This document shows positions 18,212 through 27,042 of a stretch of 51,314 bases of DNA, piece by piece; positions within the stretch are counted from its first letter, which is position 1, and every line of letters begins with the position of its first letter. The translations under genes were made by a program, and so were the position numbers. The stretch comes from Deltaproteobacteria bacterium (GTDB lineage: Bacteria; Bdellovibrionota_C; UBA2361; OMII01). Under the pieces are notes generated by a model. The model was not told the origin of the DNA. It saw only the letters and a program-made list of their open reading frames with translations, and searched no databases. The stretch covers positions 1-51,314 of the forward strand of contig CANLCB010000003.1 in the NCBI GenBank assembly GCA_947488865.1. The letters run 5' to 3'.

Positions 18212-19048
18212 ATGCAAGCAGTAACACCAGTTCAGCCTCCATCCCAAGAGCTCCTAGCAGCCCTGGAGCAATTGCAAAAAAGCAATTTTCGAAAGCAGGA
18301 CGGTGGCTCCTTCAATCCCGATGCGTTAACACCATCTGCCAAGGCAGACCCAATTGGACAAATTCTTCTTAGCTGCGGCAATGGAAGACTTGGAGTTGAG
18401 GGCTACAGGCAGCTTCAGCGCCTCTATCCCGATGGCGTCGTAGGGGCAGGCTCTCTTCCGAATTTCTCAAACCTCAATCGAACAACGGGGACCGTCGGTC
18501 TAAACGAAAAACAAATTCTTATGATCGTGTGTGGCGGCCAGACGGGCGTGGATCAGGGAGCCCTGATGGCAGCCGAACTCTTGGGATACGAACGAGGAGG
18601 AATCGTTCCCAAAGACCGGGCCACCGCGGCGGGTCGGCTCAATGAAAGACACCCGATGACAGAGAACCATTCCAACGATGTAAACGATCGAACTCAACAC
18701 AATTTTACTGGCGCGGATGGAACGCTCGGGTTGTACCAAGGCAGTGAGCGTGACGGAACGACCCTCACAATCGTGGGTGCTTATAAAGTTGGGCGACCTG
18801 TCTTTATGGCTAGCATAGACGAACCGGTTACTGAATCTCTGGCACAAACCTTCGCTGAGTGGCTTCAGACCAACAAGATTCGATGCCTGAATGTCGGAGG
18901 TCCGAGACAGCCTTTGGACGCGAAAGAGAATCCAGAGAAAGACTTTCAAGCGAAAACAGTCAGGTTTTTGAGAGATTTACTTGGAAGAACCGAGGCCCAC
19001 TTAAAAACGGCATCGCCGTCCTTAGCTGACGCCAGCTTGCCGCGATAA
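18212..19048 (+). CDS. SLOG-superfamily 'putative molybdenum carrier' (cpYpsA-type) protein with ~100-aa N-terminal extension
   Basis: IVCGGQTGVDQGAL, GGIVPKDR, RTQHNFTGADGTL, IRCLNVGGPR. Confidence 0.8.
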   Translation: MQAVTPVQPPSQELLAALEQLQKSNFRKQDGGSFNPDALTPSAKADPIGQILLSCGNGRLGVEGYRQLQRLYPDGVVGAGSLPNFSNLNRTTGTVGLNEKQILMIVCGGQTGVDQGALMAAELLGYERGGIVPKDRATAAGRLNERHPMTENHSNDVNDRTQHNFTGADGTLGLYQGSERDGTTLTIVGAYKVGRPVFMASIDEPVTESLAQTFAEWLQTNKIRCLNVGGPRQPLDAKENPEKDFQAKTVRFLRDLLGRTEAHLKTASPSLADASLPR

Positions 19049-19085
19049 TTAGAGGGGTGTAGCCCACGAATTGAGGCCCGAGTCC

Positions 19086-19898
19086 TTATCGGGCCTCTAA
19101 CATCGTTCCCAACTCCTTCTTCATTACGAGACGCGAAATGAAGAGAAGTAGTGACCGCGGAATGAAACGCGTTCCGTGCGAGAGAATTTTATTAAACCAT
19201 CCATCAACGACTATCGGCTGCTGACCTAAAGCCGAGAGAGCGCTCGCTACCACATGGTCAGCCGATCGATACGGCGAATGATACTCTCGCATCCCCGAGC
19301 CCGCTTGGAACTCAGTGCGGGTTAGACCCGGCAGCACCGTAAGCACATCAACGCCTGTGCCTTTACACTCTCCGTACAGGGACTCTCCGAAATAGAGGTC
19401 AAAAGCCTTGGTGGCGCTGTACGCTGAGAACCATGGCGCAGGAATAGTGCCGACCACGCTCGATAGGATAATTACCGCACCACGCTTTCTTGTCTTCATT
19501 CCAGGAAGAAACCGAAGTGTCATATCAACGACGGCCCGGCAGTTGAGATCAATCATCCCGATTGTTTTCTCTCGAGGCACCGTGTCGAGTGGCCCCAAAA
19601 AACCAACGCCGGCGTTATTCACTAGAACATCAACCGCTAGACCGCTCGACTCTACGGCCTTTACGACAAGTTCCACGCCGTCAGCTTGAGCAAGATCGGC
19701 AACAACTGGCACAAGACGGCCTTGGCCAGTCTTGGCCACAAAGTCCTGCAACTGACGCAGCCTCTCTTCACGCCGCGCCACAGCGATTACGGTCAATCCC
19801 TCTGCCGCGAGCCGCTTACAGAAAGCCTCTCCTATTCCTGAACTTGCTCCTGTAACGAGAGCAACAGAACCGTAGCGTTGTGAAATGTTGTGAATCAC
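19086..19898 (-). CDS. Short-chain dehydrogenase/reductase
   Basis: TGASSGIG, NNAG, YSATK. Confidence 0.95.
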   Translation of the reverse strand: MIHNISQRYGSVALVTGASSGIGEAFCKRLAAEGLTVIAVARREERLRQLQDFVAKTGQGRLVPVVADLAQADGVELVVKAVESSGLAVDVLVNNAGVGFLGPLDTVPREKTIGMIDLNCRAVVDMTLRFLPGMKTRKRGAVIILSSVVGTIPAPWFSAYSATKAFDLYFGESLYGECKGTGVDVLTVLPGLTRTEFQAGSGMREYHSPYRSADHVVASALSALGQQPIVVDGWFNKILSHGTRFIPRSLLLFISRLVMKKELGTMLEAR

Positions 19899-19901
19899 TC
19901 G

Positions 19902-20537
19902 TTAGCCGTTAAGAAGGTCGGGGATGAGCATGATACCCACCTGAAGCAGTCCCACGATAAATCCAAGCACTCCACCGAGAACTTCGATGGTTTTGAGCTC
20001 TCGAGCGGAGATTTCATAAATGAGGGACTCAAGCTTTGAGAGATCGAACGCCTCAATCTTGGATTGAACGATGGCGCTCACATCGAGACGGTGCTCCACA
20101 CGCTCAACGACGCGCTCCATGAACTGCGGGAAACGCTCGGTCATCTGCGATTGAAGCAGATTCTTAATTTGATCCAGAAGCGGCCCTTGAAGGAACGCCC
20201 CGATCATGGGGTTTTGAGAGATCATACGTTGAGCGAAAAGCTCAACCTGTTCAGAGAGAAACTTCGAGGCCTCTTCGGTCGTCTCCGCGCTCTGCAACGC
20301 TTCATGAATATCGTGATGAGAGAAGAGGTCACGCTCGATCATGGCGCCAAGGCTTGCGGCGATCTCTTTTTGTCGCTTCGGAACGAGCCCGTGAAAAGTA
20401 ATCCCCATAAGCCGAGTCGGCTTATGGGGTCTAAAGATCATCCGAACAGCAATGAAATTAGTAATGTAACCAATAAGCGCCGCGATCACAGGGATCGAAA
20501 TCAGCGCCCACAGGTTAGAATGGGATATCATCGTCAT
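19902..20537 (-). CDS. DUF445 (YheB-like) membrane protein
   Basis: IGYITNFIAVRMIFRP, GLVPKRQKEIA, ELKTIEVLGGVLGFIVGLLQ. Confidence 0.88.
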   Translation of the reverse strand: MTMISHSNLWALISIPVIAALIGYITNFIAVRMIFRPHKPTRLMGITFHGLVPKRQKEIAASLGAMIERDLFSHHDIHEALQSAETTEEASKFLSEQVELFAQRMISQNPMIGAFLQGPLLDQIKNLLQSQMTERFPQFMERVVERVEHRLDVSAIVQSKIEAFDLSKLESLIYEISARELKTIEVLGGVLGFIVGLLQVGIMLIPDLLNG

Positions 20538-21006
20538 CGAAGGTTACTGGTTCATCACGTACTGCCGACGAACGTCCACCGTTCGCGGCCTTCGGAAGAG
20601 CGTCTGCTGTTGGAATACCAGCGAGGACATTGTTGTTTGCCGCTTCGCCACCGAAATCCATATCAGCGCCTTCACCACGGCTACCGCCTACGAACTGAAT
20701 TGTGTCAGCGAGAACCTCTGTCGTGTAGCGATCTTTACCTTCCTTATCCTGCCATTTATTCGTGCGAATACGGCCCTCTACGAAAGCCTGGCGTCCCTTC
20801 TTGAGGAACTTAGCGCAGTTCTCAGCGGTTTTTCCGAAAGCGACGATATTGTGCCACTCGGTATGGTCTACCCACTGACCGCTCTGGTCTTTCTTACGCT
20901 CTCCTGTTGCCAACGAAAATCGGCAGATAGCCATCTGCTGCGGGGTGTAACGAACCTCAGGGTCCTTGCCCAAATTACCCAACAAAATTACTTTATTAAT
21001 GCCCAT
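20515..21006 (-). CDS. ssb: Single-stranded DNA-binding protein
   Basis: NKVILLGNLGKDPEVRY, TEWHNIV and the acidic tip DDDDIPF. Confidence 0.98.
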   Translation of the reverse strand: MGINKVILLGNLGKDPEVRYTPQQMAICRFSLATGERKKDQSGQWVDHTEWHNIVAFGKTAENCAKFLKKGRQAFVEGRIRTNKWQDKEGKDRYTTEVLADTIQFVGGSRGEGADMDFGGEAANNNVLAGIPTADALPKAANGGRSSAVRDEPVTFDDDDIPF

Positions 21007-21156
21007 ACTGAAGCCTCCACAAATAGGTACCCTCTAATCGGTACCTTCCCCCGAAAGGTTGCTTGAAATCGGGGTTATAGCCCACTTTTGCACCACCTCA
21101 AAGAGTTGTTTGACGGGAAGTTTTAGTATTATTTTCCCTCCCCCAGAGGGGCTCTC

Positions 21157-21184
21157 TTGAGCTCTATATCCACTAAGGTACACT
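21157..21184 (+). promoter_or_regulatory. Possible sigma70 promoter for the yceD-like gene
   Basis: TTGAGC-N16-TACACT, 11 nt before ATG 21196; no SD sequence. Confidence 0.35.
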
Positions 21185-21195
21185 ACCCCACAACC

Positions 21196-21738
21196 ATGAA
21201 AGTGTGCACAACCACCATACCCTTTACGGGGATGAACATTGAGGGAATTCTTCCTCTTGAGGCCCTTAATAGCCGACTCCAAGGAACCTCTGGTAGCCAG
21301 GAGATCGTCTTTCAGGAGCCACCGAAGGCGATCCTAACGCTCACCCGTACCCACGGGGGAATCCTGGTTAAGGGAACCGTCTCCGGCTCTTGCAAGCAGG
21401 ACTGCGCAAGCTGCGCTGACCCAGTGCCCCACTCCCTCACCATACCAATTGATTGGATTCTACAAACCTCAAGCGACCGCGCCGGTCCCGACGATGAGCT
21501 TGATGACCCTGGCGTGATTGTTTACGAAGGCGAGCACATAGACCTTGAGGAGCACCTCCAAGAGGCGCTTATTCTTGGGTTGAGCCCCTTCTGGCATCCA
21601 CCGCGAGACGAGCAAGACAAATGTACGCACTGCAATCGCGACTGCTCGGTTCGAGCCTGGGGTGAGAAGAAGGAAGCGAAAGCTTCTCCCTTCGGTGCTC
21701 TCCTGAAAGGCGCGCTCAGCGGGCAGAAGCCCCACTAA
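21196..21738 (+). CDS. yceD: YceD/DUF177 family protein
   Basis: CASC knuckle, IDLEEHLQEALIL.L.P, second CTHC, C-terminal SPFGALLK. Confidence 0.82.
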   Translation: MKVCTTTIPFTGMNIEGILPLEALNSRLQGTSGSQEIVFQEPPKAILTLTRTHGGILVKGTVSGSCKQDCASCADPVPHSLTIPIDWILQTSSDRAGPDDELDDPGVIVYEGEHIDLEEHLQEALILGLSPFWHPPRDEQDKCTHCNRDCSVRAWGEKKEAKASPFGALLKGALSGQKPH

Positions 21739-22720
21739 GCTCTGCCTTGGCTTCCCGTTGAAGGACTTTCGAGTCCCACCCAAACTTGTCCTTCAAGGCG
21801 GTGTACAACGAGCACTGTTTTTCTCGCATGAGCTGGTAGAGAGACATCAGACCCGATATCCCTTTCCTCGATACGATCGTCTCGAACTCAAGTTCAGCGA
21901 TGCCGTAGTCGCGCGCGCCTCCCGAAAATTCCACCTCGCCGACTAAATCAGTGTCACGAACTAAGAGATGGTAATCCCGCGCAATAGATCCTTGAGGAAT
22001 CTCGGACACATTTTTTGAGGCATACCCCTCGAACCAAGAGGCGAATCCTTCGGTTCGCTTTCGCTCTCCTAGAGTTGACACTCCATCCATAAGGGCAAAA
22101 TCAACCACATGCCCCATCTCATGCAGAAGAACTCGTAGCAACGCGGCATCATTTTCAGGAGTTGGCCGGCAGTCGGGAGCGACCGCATCCACGACGATGT
22201 AGATCTGATTCGGCGGGACCATAAAACCAGGATGTCCACCGAGAGATAAAGCCATCGGAAACTGTGATACAGCGCTCGCTCTATCAATCAGGATAAGCGA
22301 CCAATCTCGATGCTCCGTTTTAATCTCTGGCGAGAAACGCCCACCCTTTATCGCTCTGTTTACCGCAGACGCCGCTCGGGCGATAACTCGCGCGGGATTA
22401 CTACTAAAACATCGCTCGCTCTCTCTGAGCCAGCGGACGTCCATGCGCCCAAGGTCCGTACCAAATGAGCTTCCGCGCTGATTCCCCGCCAGCTTGACCT
22501 CTTCAGTTTGTGGGATCTCCTGGGGCTCCGAATCCTTACAGACCGCCTTAGACCGAAAAGAGAGCGGGACCTCTTTTAAAGTCTTCGCAGAGCGAATCTC
22601 CCCCTGGTCAGTAAGGTAGACACAGGCGTCATGAGCGACGGCACCACAAGGAAATAAGAACCATAGCGCCAGCGCCACACTCAACCGCCGCGCAAGGAAA
22701 TTCTCCTTTGACTGAGGCAT
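21716..22720 (-). CDS. Secreted gluzincin-like metallopeptidase
   Basis: Signal peptide ending AVA|H; LLHEMGH followed 19 residues later by EGFASW. Confidence 0.65.
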   Translation of the reverse strand: MPQSKENFLARRLSVALALWFLFPCGAVAHDACVYLTDQGEIRSAKTLKEVPLSFRSKAVCKDSEPQEIPQTEEVKLAGNQRGSSFGTDLGRMDVRWLRESERCFSSNPARVIARAASAVNRAIKGGRFSPEIKTEHRDWSLILIDRASAVSQFPMALSLGGHPGFMVPPNQIYIVVDAVAPDCRPTPENDAALLRVLLHEMGHVVDFALMDGVSTLGERKRTEGFASWFEGYASKNVSEIPQGSIARDYHLLVRDTDLVGEVEFSGGARDYGIAELEFETIVSRKGISGLMSLYQLMREKQCSLYTALKDKFGWDSKVLQREAKAELSGASAR

Positions 22721-22725
22721 GAGGC

Positions 22726-25164
22726 TTAGAGCTGAACCTCTTTTCGCTTAGCGCGAGCCTTCCCACCTTTAGCCGGCTTTTTGGCTCGAGCAAGCAGCGC
22801 GAGCGCAAGCACTTCACTCACATGCTTCACTGGAATGAATTGAATCTGCTTGCGTTGCTCCTCAGGTACCTCTTCAAGGTCTTTGATATTCTCAAAAGGA
22901 ATGATCACCTTCGTAATACCGTGCTGCAACGCCGCGAGAGCTTTCTCACGTAGCCCACCAACCGCCAAGATATTCCCTCGAAGGGTCATCTCTCCTGTCA
23001 TGGCGATATCCTTCGATATCTTTCGACCGGACAACGCGGACACAAGCGCGGTAGCGATTGTAATTCCAGCAGACGGACCGTCTTTTGGAATCGCGCCACT
23101 TGGAACATGCACATGGATATCGTATTTCGAATGGAAGTCCTGCTCTAATCCCAACACTGCCGCGTTGGCTCGAGCATAGAAGAGAGCCGCTTGCGCGGAC
23201 TCTTGCATCACGCTTCCAAGCTGTCCCGTGAGGGTTAGTGAACCTCCCCCCTTCGCCAACGAAACCTCAATCGGCATCAACTCTCCACCGAGGCTTGTCC
23301 ACGCGAGACCCCGCACAAGACCAACCGCTTCCGACCGCTCGGTTACCTCAGGATCGTACTTGGTTGGACCAAGGAGCGAAGAAACTCGCGCCTCATCGAT
23401 GACTCTATTAAGCTTCTTTTTTTCCGCAACTTCACGAGCGAGTTTTCTGCACAACGCTCCAATCTCTCTCTCAAGAGCGCGAACGCCGGCCTCTCGGGTA
23501 TATCGGTCCACAACGAGCTCAATAGCTTTATCCGTGAACTGAACTTTTTCCCCTTCAAGCCCCGACTCTTTGATCTGTCGCGGAATGATGTATTTGGTCG
23601 CGATCTTGTGCTTCTCCTGGGACGTATATCCCGGAATAGACAATATCTCCAAACGATCCATCAGCGGCTCAGGGATCGTGTCCATAGTGTTTGCCGTCGC
23701 CACAAACAACACGTCCGAGAGATCGAACGGAACATTCAGATAATGGTCGGAAAAATCCTGGTTCTGATGAGGATCTAACACCTCAAGGAGCGCTGAAGCC
23801 GGATCTCCTCGAAAGTCCGCGCCTATCTTATCGAGCTCATCGAGCACAAAAACTGGATTACGAGAGCCGCACTGCTTCAAGCCTTGAATGATGCGACCAG
23901 GCAACGCCCCGACATAGGTTCGTCGGTGACCACGAATCTCAGCCTCATCCCGCATACCGCCTAACGACATACGGCTAAAGGTTCGTCCGAGCGCGCGAGC
24001 GATAGACTTACCAAGAGAGGTCTTTCCTACTCCTGGAGGTCCCACGAAGCACAAAATCGGTCCTTTTGAGTCTGGGTTCAGAAGACGCACACTCAGATAC
24101 TCAAGGATGCGATCTTTAACTTTATCGAGACCAAAGTGGTCCTCATCGAGGATCTTCTTTGCTTTCTTCAAATCAAGCTGATCGATGGTTTTCGAGTGCC
24201 ACGGAAGATCCGTGATCCACTCAAGATACGTACGGAGCAACGCGAACTCACTTGATTCAGGACTCATGCGTTCAAGGCGCTTAAGCTGTTTGAACGCCTC
24301 TTCGTGAACCTGCTTCGGCAATTTAAGAGCGGTGAGCTTTTCTCGCACTGACGAAAGCTCTTCAGAGCCCATATCCGTCTCTCCAAGCTCGCGCTGAATC
24401 TGCTTGATCTGCTCGCGCAAGTAATACTCACGCTGCCCTTTGCTCATCTCGTCGCGCGCCTTGTCTTTAATTTTCTCGGCGAGGAGGAATTTATTCAAAT
24501 CATCGGTAATCGTCTGGTCCGTAAGACGGAGACGTTTAAGAGGATCCACCTCCTCCAACGCCGCCTGGGCGGCAGGAATCTCAATCTTGTAGTGAGCGAG
24601 GATTACATCTGTCAGAGTTCCTGGATCCTGGATCTCCTCGGTGATTATCAACATCTCCTCAGGGAGATGCTCATACTCCACGAGCACCTGAAGGTTTTGC
24701 CGAATGCGATTCATGATCGCCTGATTTTCAGCCGAGAGCTTTCTGGTGGCCGGGCCTGGAATCGGCTCAATACGACACGAGAGGAACTTTCGACTCTCAT
24801 ACTTTGTCGCTTGCGCGCGAACGAGCCCTTGAAGAAGGACTTTGTATCGGCCATCCGGGACTTGAAGCGTTCGAACAACGTGAGCGACAACACCCATCTT
24901 GTAGAGGTCTTTCCCCTTCGGGCTATCAACATCTGGATTCTTCTGCGTCACAACGAACGCCAAGCGCTCCTCCTCCATAGCAGCTTCCATGGCGCTGATA
25001 CTGTCGGAGCGGCTTAGATACAGCGACATCATCACCCCGGGAAACGGGACCATATCTTTGGCCGCAAGAACCGGAAGAACAGCGGGAACGACTACCGGCT
25101 CTGGATAACCTGACGACGACTCAGGAGAACGTGAGGATCTCTTGCCGGACTTTCGTTTCTTCAT
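22726..25164 (-). CDS. lon: ATP-dependent protease La
   Basis: Lon N-domain; GPPGVGKTS; RRTYVGALPG; catalytic DGPSAG and GGLREK. Confidence 0.98.
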   Translation of the reverse strand: MKKRKSGKRSSRSPESSSGYPEPVVVPAVLPVLAAKDMVPFPGVMMSLYLSRSDSISAMEAAMEEERLAFVVTQKNPDVDSPKGKDLYKMGVVAHVVRTLQVPDGRYKVLLQGLVRAQATKYESRKFLSCRIEPIPGPATRKLSAENQAIMNRIRQNLQVLVEYEHLPEEMLIITEEIQDPGTLTDVILAHYKIEIPAAQAALEEVDPLKRLRLTDQTITDDLNKFLLAEKIKDKARDEMSKGQREYYLREQIKQIQRELGETDMGSEELSSVREKLTALKLPKQVHEEAFKQLKRLERMSPESSEFALLRTYLEWITDLPWHSKTIDQLDLKKAKKILDEDHFGLDKVKDRILEYLSVRLLNPDSKGPILCFVGPPGVGKTSLGKSIARALGRTFSRMSLGGMRDEAEIRGHRRTYVGALPGRIIQGLKQCGSRNPVFVLDELDKIGADFRGDPASALLEVLDPHQNQDFSDHYLNVPFDLSDVLFVATANTMDTIPEPLMDRLEILSIPGYTSQEKHKIATKYIIPRQIKESGLEGEKVQFTDKAIELVVDRYTREAGVRALEREIGALCRKLAREVAEKKKLNRVIDEARVSSLLGPTKYDPEVTERSEAVGLVRGLAWTSLGGELMPIEVSLAKGGGSLTLTGQLGSVMQESAQAALFYARANAAVLGLEQDFHSKYDIHVHVPSGAIPKDGPSAGITIATALVSALSGRKISKDIAMTGEMTLRGNILAVGGLREKALAALQHGITKVIIPFENIKDLEEVPEEQRKQIQFIPVKHVSEVLALALLARAKKPAKGGKARAKRKEVQL

Positions 25165-25338
25165 GCGGACCTCTTATGCAGACAACCCTATTCCTCGCGC
25201 ATCCCCCAAATTACCGAGACAACAACTTGTTGTTATCTCCCTGACAGAATATCCGGGAAGGCTGCTAGAGACGAGTCCGTTGTTTGAACGGATCTCCTCT
25301 CTGACTATTAAGATGACTATAGTCCCCTAGCCGATGGT

Positions 25339-25372
25339 GAAAAACTGGGTATTTGGGTGATTCCAGTTTTTC
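25339..25372 (-). terminator. Hairpin downstream of the dehydroquinate synthase-like gene
   Basis: GAAAAACTGG-N14-CCAGTTTTTC, 10-bp perfect arms including A5/T5 tracts. Confidence 0.5.
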
Positions 25373-25423
25373 TTGAAAGTTCGGCACCCTAGCAAGCGTG
25401 CTCAGCGAGCTTTAAAGGGCGGC

Positions 25424-26617
25424 TCAGGCCGCTTGGTCGGCCATCTCAGGCGCTGTCCGAGGCAATCCCCTAACAGCCTCCACAGCCTGCCTCATGCGCT
25501 TGGTGTCTATCTCATGGACATCAACGCCGGCGCCAATCCGCTGGAGAAGCGTAATGGTAAGAACCCCTCCAAGATGCTCCTTAAACTCGCCAAGCGCGTT
25601 CTCAAGACGCTCCCCCTCCACAAGAAGGGAAAGATGGTCTCTCCATGTGGAGAACCCAAGCGCGTCGAAGAGAGTTGTAATACGAGATAAGTCCTCATCC
25701 GTGATCAGTCCAGCAAAATGCGAATAGGTGGCATCGAGCTCAATTCCGATCGCAACCGCTTCTCCGTGCCTGATTGCGTGCCCCGAGAGCGCCTCGATTT
25801 TGTGAGCCGCCCAATGTCCAAAATCCAATGGACGAGAAGACCCAAGCTCAAACGGATCTCCACCCCTTGAAATGTGGTCGAGATGAAGCTGCGCGCAACG
25901 ATGAATCACATACTGCATGGTCGGCATATCCCGACGGAGGAGCTCCTCGGCGTGCTTCTCCAGGTACGCGAAAAACATCGGGTCTTTAATGAGAGAGACC
26001 TTGACCGCTTCAGCGATGCCAGCGAGCCAGTCACGCTGAGGAAGAGACCGCAGAAAGTAGGAATCGTTGATGATGGCTCGAGCGGGAGCGAATGTGCCGA
26101 TGAAGTTCTTCTTACCGTACGCGTTGACACTATTTTTTACACCGATACCAGCGTCATTTTGCGCCAAGACGGTGGTTGGCACACGGATCAGCCGAACCCC
26201 TCGATGCGTCGTCGCGGCTGCGTAACCAACAGCGTCGATGAGCGCACCTCCGCCAATCACTACCGCGTAGGAATGTCGGCATATCTTCTCGTCGTGCAAG
26301 AAGTCATACAACCGTTGGAGGATCGCCGGGGTGTTTTTGGAATATTCACCTCCGGGCACTTCAATAATACCGGCACTAGAAAGCGCTCCTGGCAGTTGAG
26401 CGTCACAATACTGTCGAATGGAATTCACGAGTGCGGGATGATGCTTGGCGATCTCAGCCTCGACAACGAAGGCGATCTTGCTTCGGAACGGAATCGTTAA
26501 ATCCATCCCCTCCTGCACAACCTCACGCAAAAGAGGATTGGTGAGCTCAAAGAGCCCTTCCGTGAAGTGAACCGCATATGAATACGATACAGAGAACTCT
26601 TGGCGTAACGTCGTCAT
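25424..26617 (-). CDS. 3-dehydroquinate synthase family sugar-phosphate cyclase, EboD-like clade
   Basis: IGGGALIDAVG, RVPTTVLAQNDAGIGVKN, GDPFELGSSRPLDFGHWAAHK, HGEAVAIG. Confidence 0.88.
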   Translation of the reverse strand: MTTLRQEFSVSYSYAVHFTEGLFELTNPLLREVVQEGMDLTIPFRSKIAFVVEAEIAKHHPALVNSIRQYCDAQLPGALSSAGIIEVPGGEYSKNTPAILQRLYDFLHDEKICRHSYAVVIGGGALIDAVGYAAATTHRGVRLIRVPTTVLAQNDAGIGVKNSVNAYGKKNFIGTFAPARAIINDSYFLRSLPQRDWLAGIAEAVKVSLIKDPMFFAYLEKHAEELLRRDMPTMQYVIHRCAQLHLDHISRGGDPFELGSSRPLDFGHWAAHKIEALSGHAIRHGEAVAIGIELDATYSHFAGLITDEDLSRITTLFDALGFSTWRDHLSLLVEGERLENALGEFKEHLGGVLTITLLQRIGAGVDVHEIDTKRMRQAVEAVRGLPRTAPEMADQAA

Positions 26618-26807
26618 TGTCGTGGCACCCCTTACAGAAGATCAAAACATGCGTTACAAGCGCTACAAAGCGAAAGGAAATCACGATGCGAATGCCGAAT
26701 CAAGACGGACTCAACAAAGGAAAGGCCACGATATGACCGCGAGCGATTCCTGTCACTGCGATAATTTTTAGAAACGAAGAGATAGGGGGAACAAGCTCGA
26801 AAGGAAA

Positions 26808-27017
26808 CCCTTATAGCGCAGACACCAGAGCGACTGGCGGACGAACGCTCTGACCTCTTTAAGCCCTACTCAACGATACATCGAGATGGGCGGCTGCGGG
26901 GAAAAACGCGCAGGAATAGGCCACTACACAAGCTTCTAGTAACGCAACAATAAAGGGACTTATCACCCTCTCCTCTCATCCAAGCCAGAGAGCACCGAGG
27001 TCAGAGCGCTATAAGGG
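26808..27017. repeat. Long-range split inverted repeat (21-bp arm), candidate structured RNA or decayed MITE
   Basis: GAGGTCAGAGCGCTATAAGGG (26997-27017) is the exact reverse complement of CCCTTATAGCGC (26808-26819) joined to CGCTCTGACCTC (26846-26857) through a shared CGC. Confidence 0.7.
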
Positions 27018-27042
27018 CCCGGCGACCCATACCGGTAACGGC

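Noticed and set aside
26885-26996. GCCACT and AAGCCAG fragments reminiscent of a cobalamin riboswitch
   Set aside because: They are on the strand opposite the downstream gene, and the GGGAA/CCC-GC-ACTGT core is missing.
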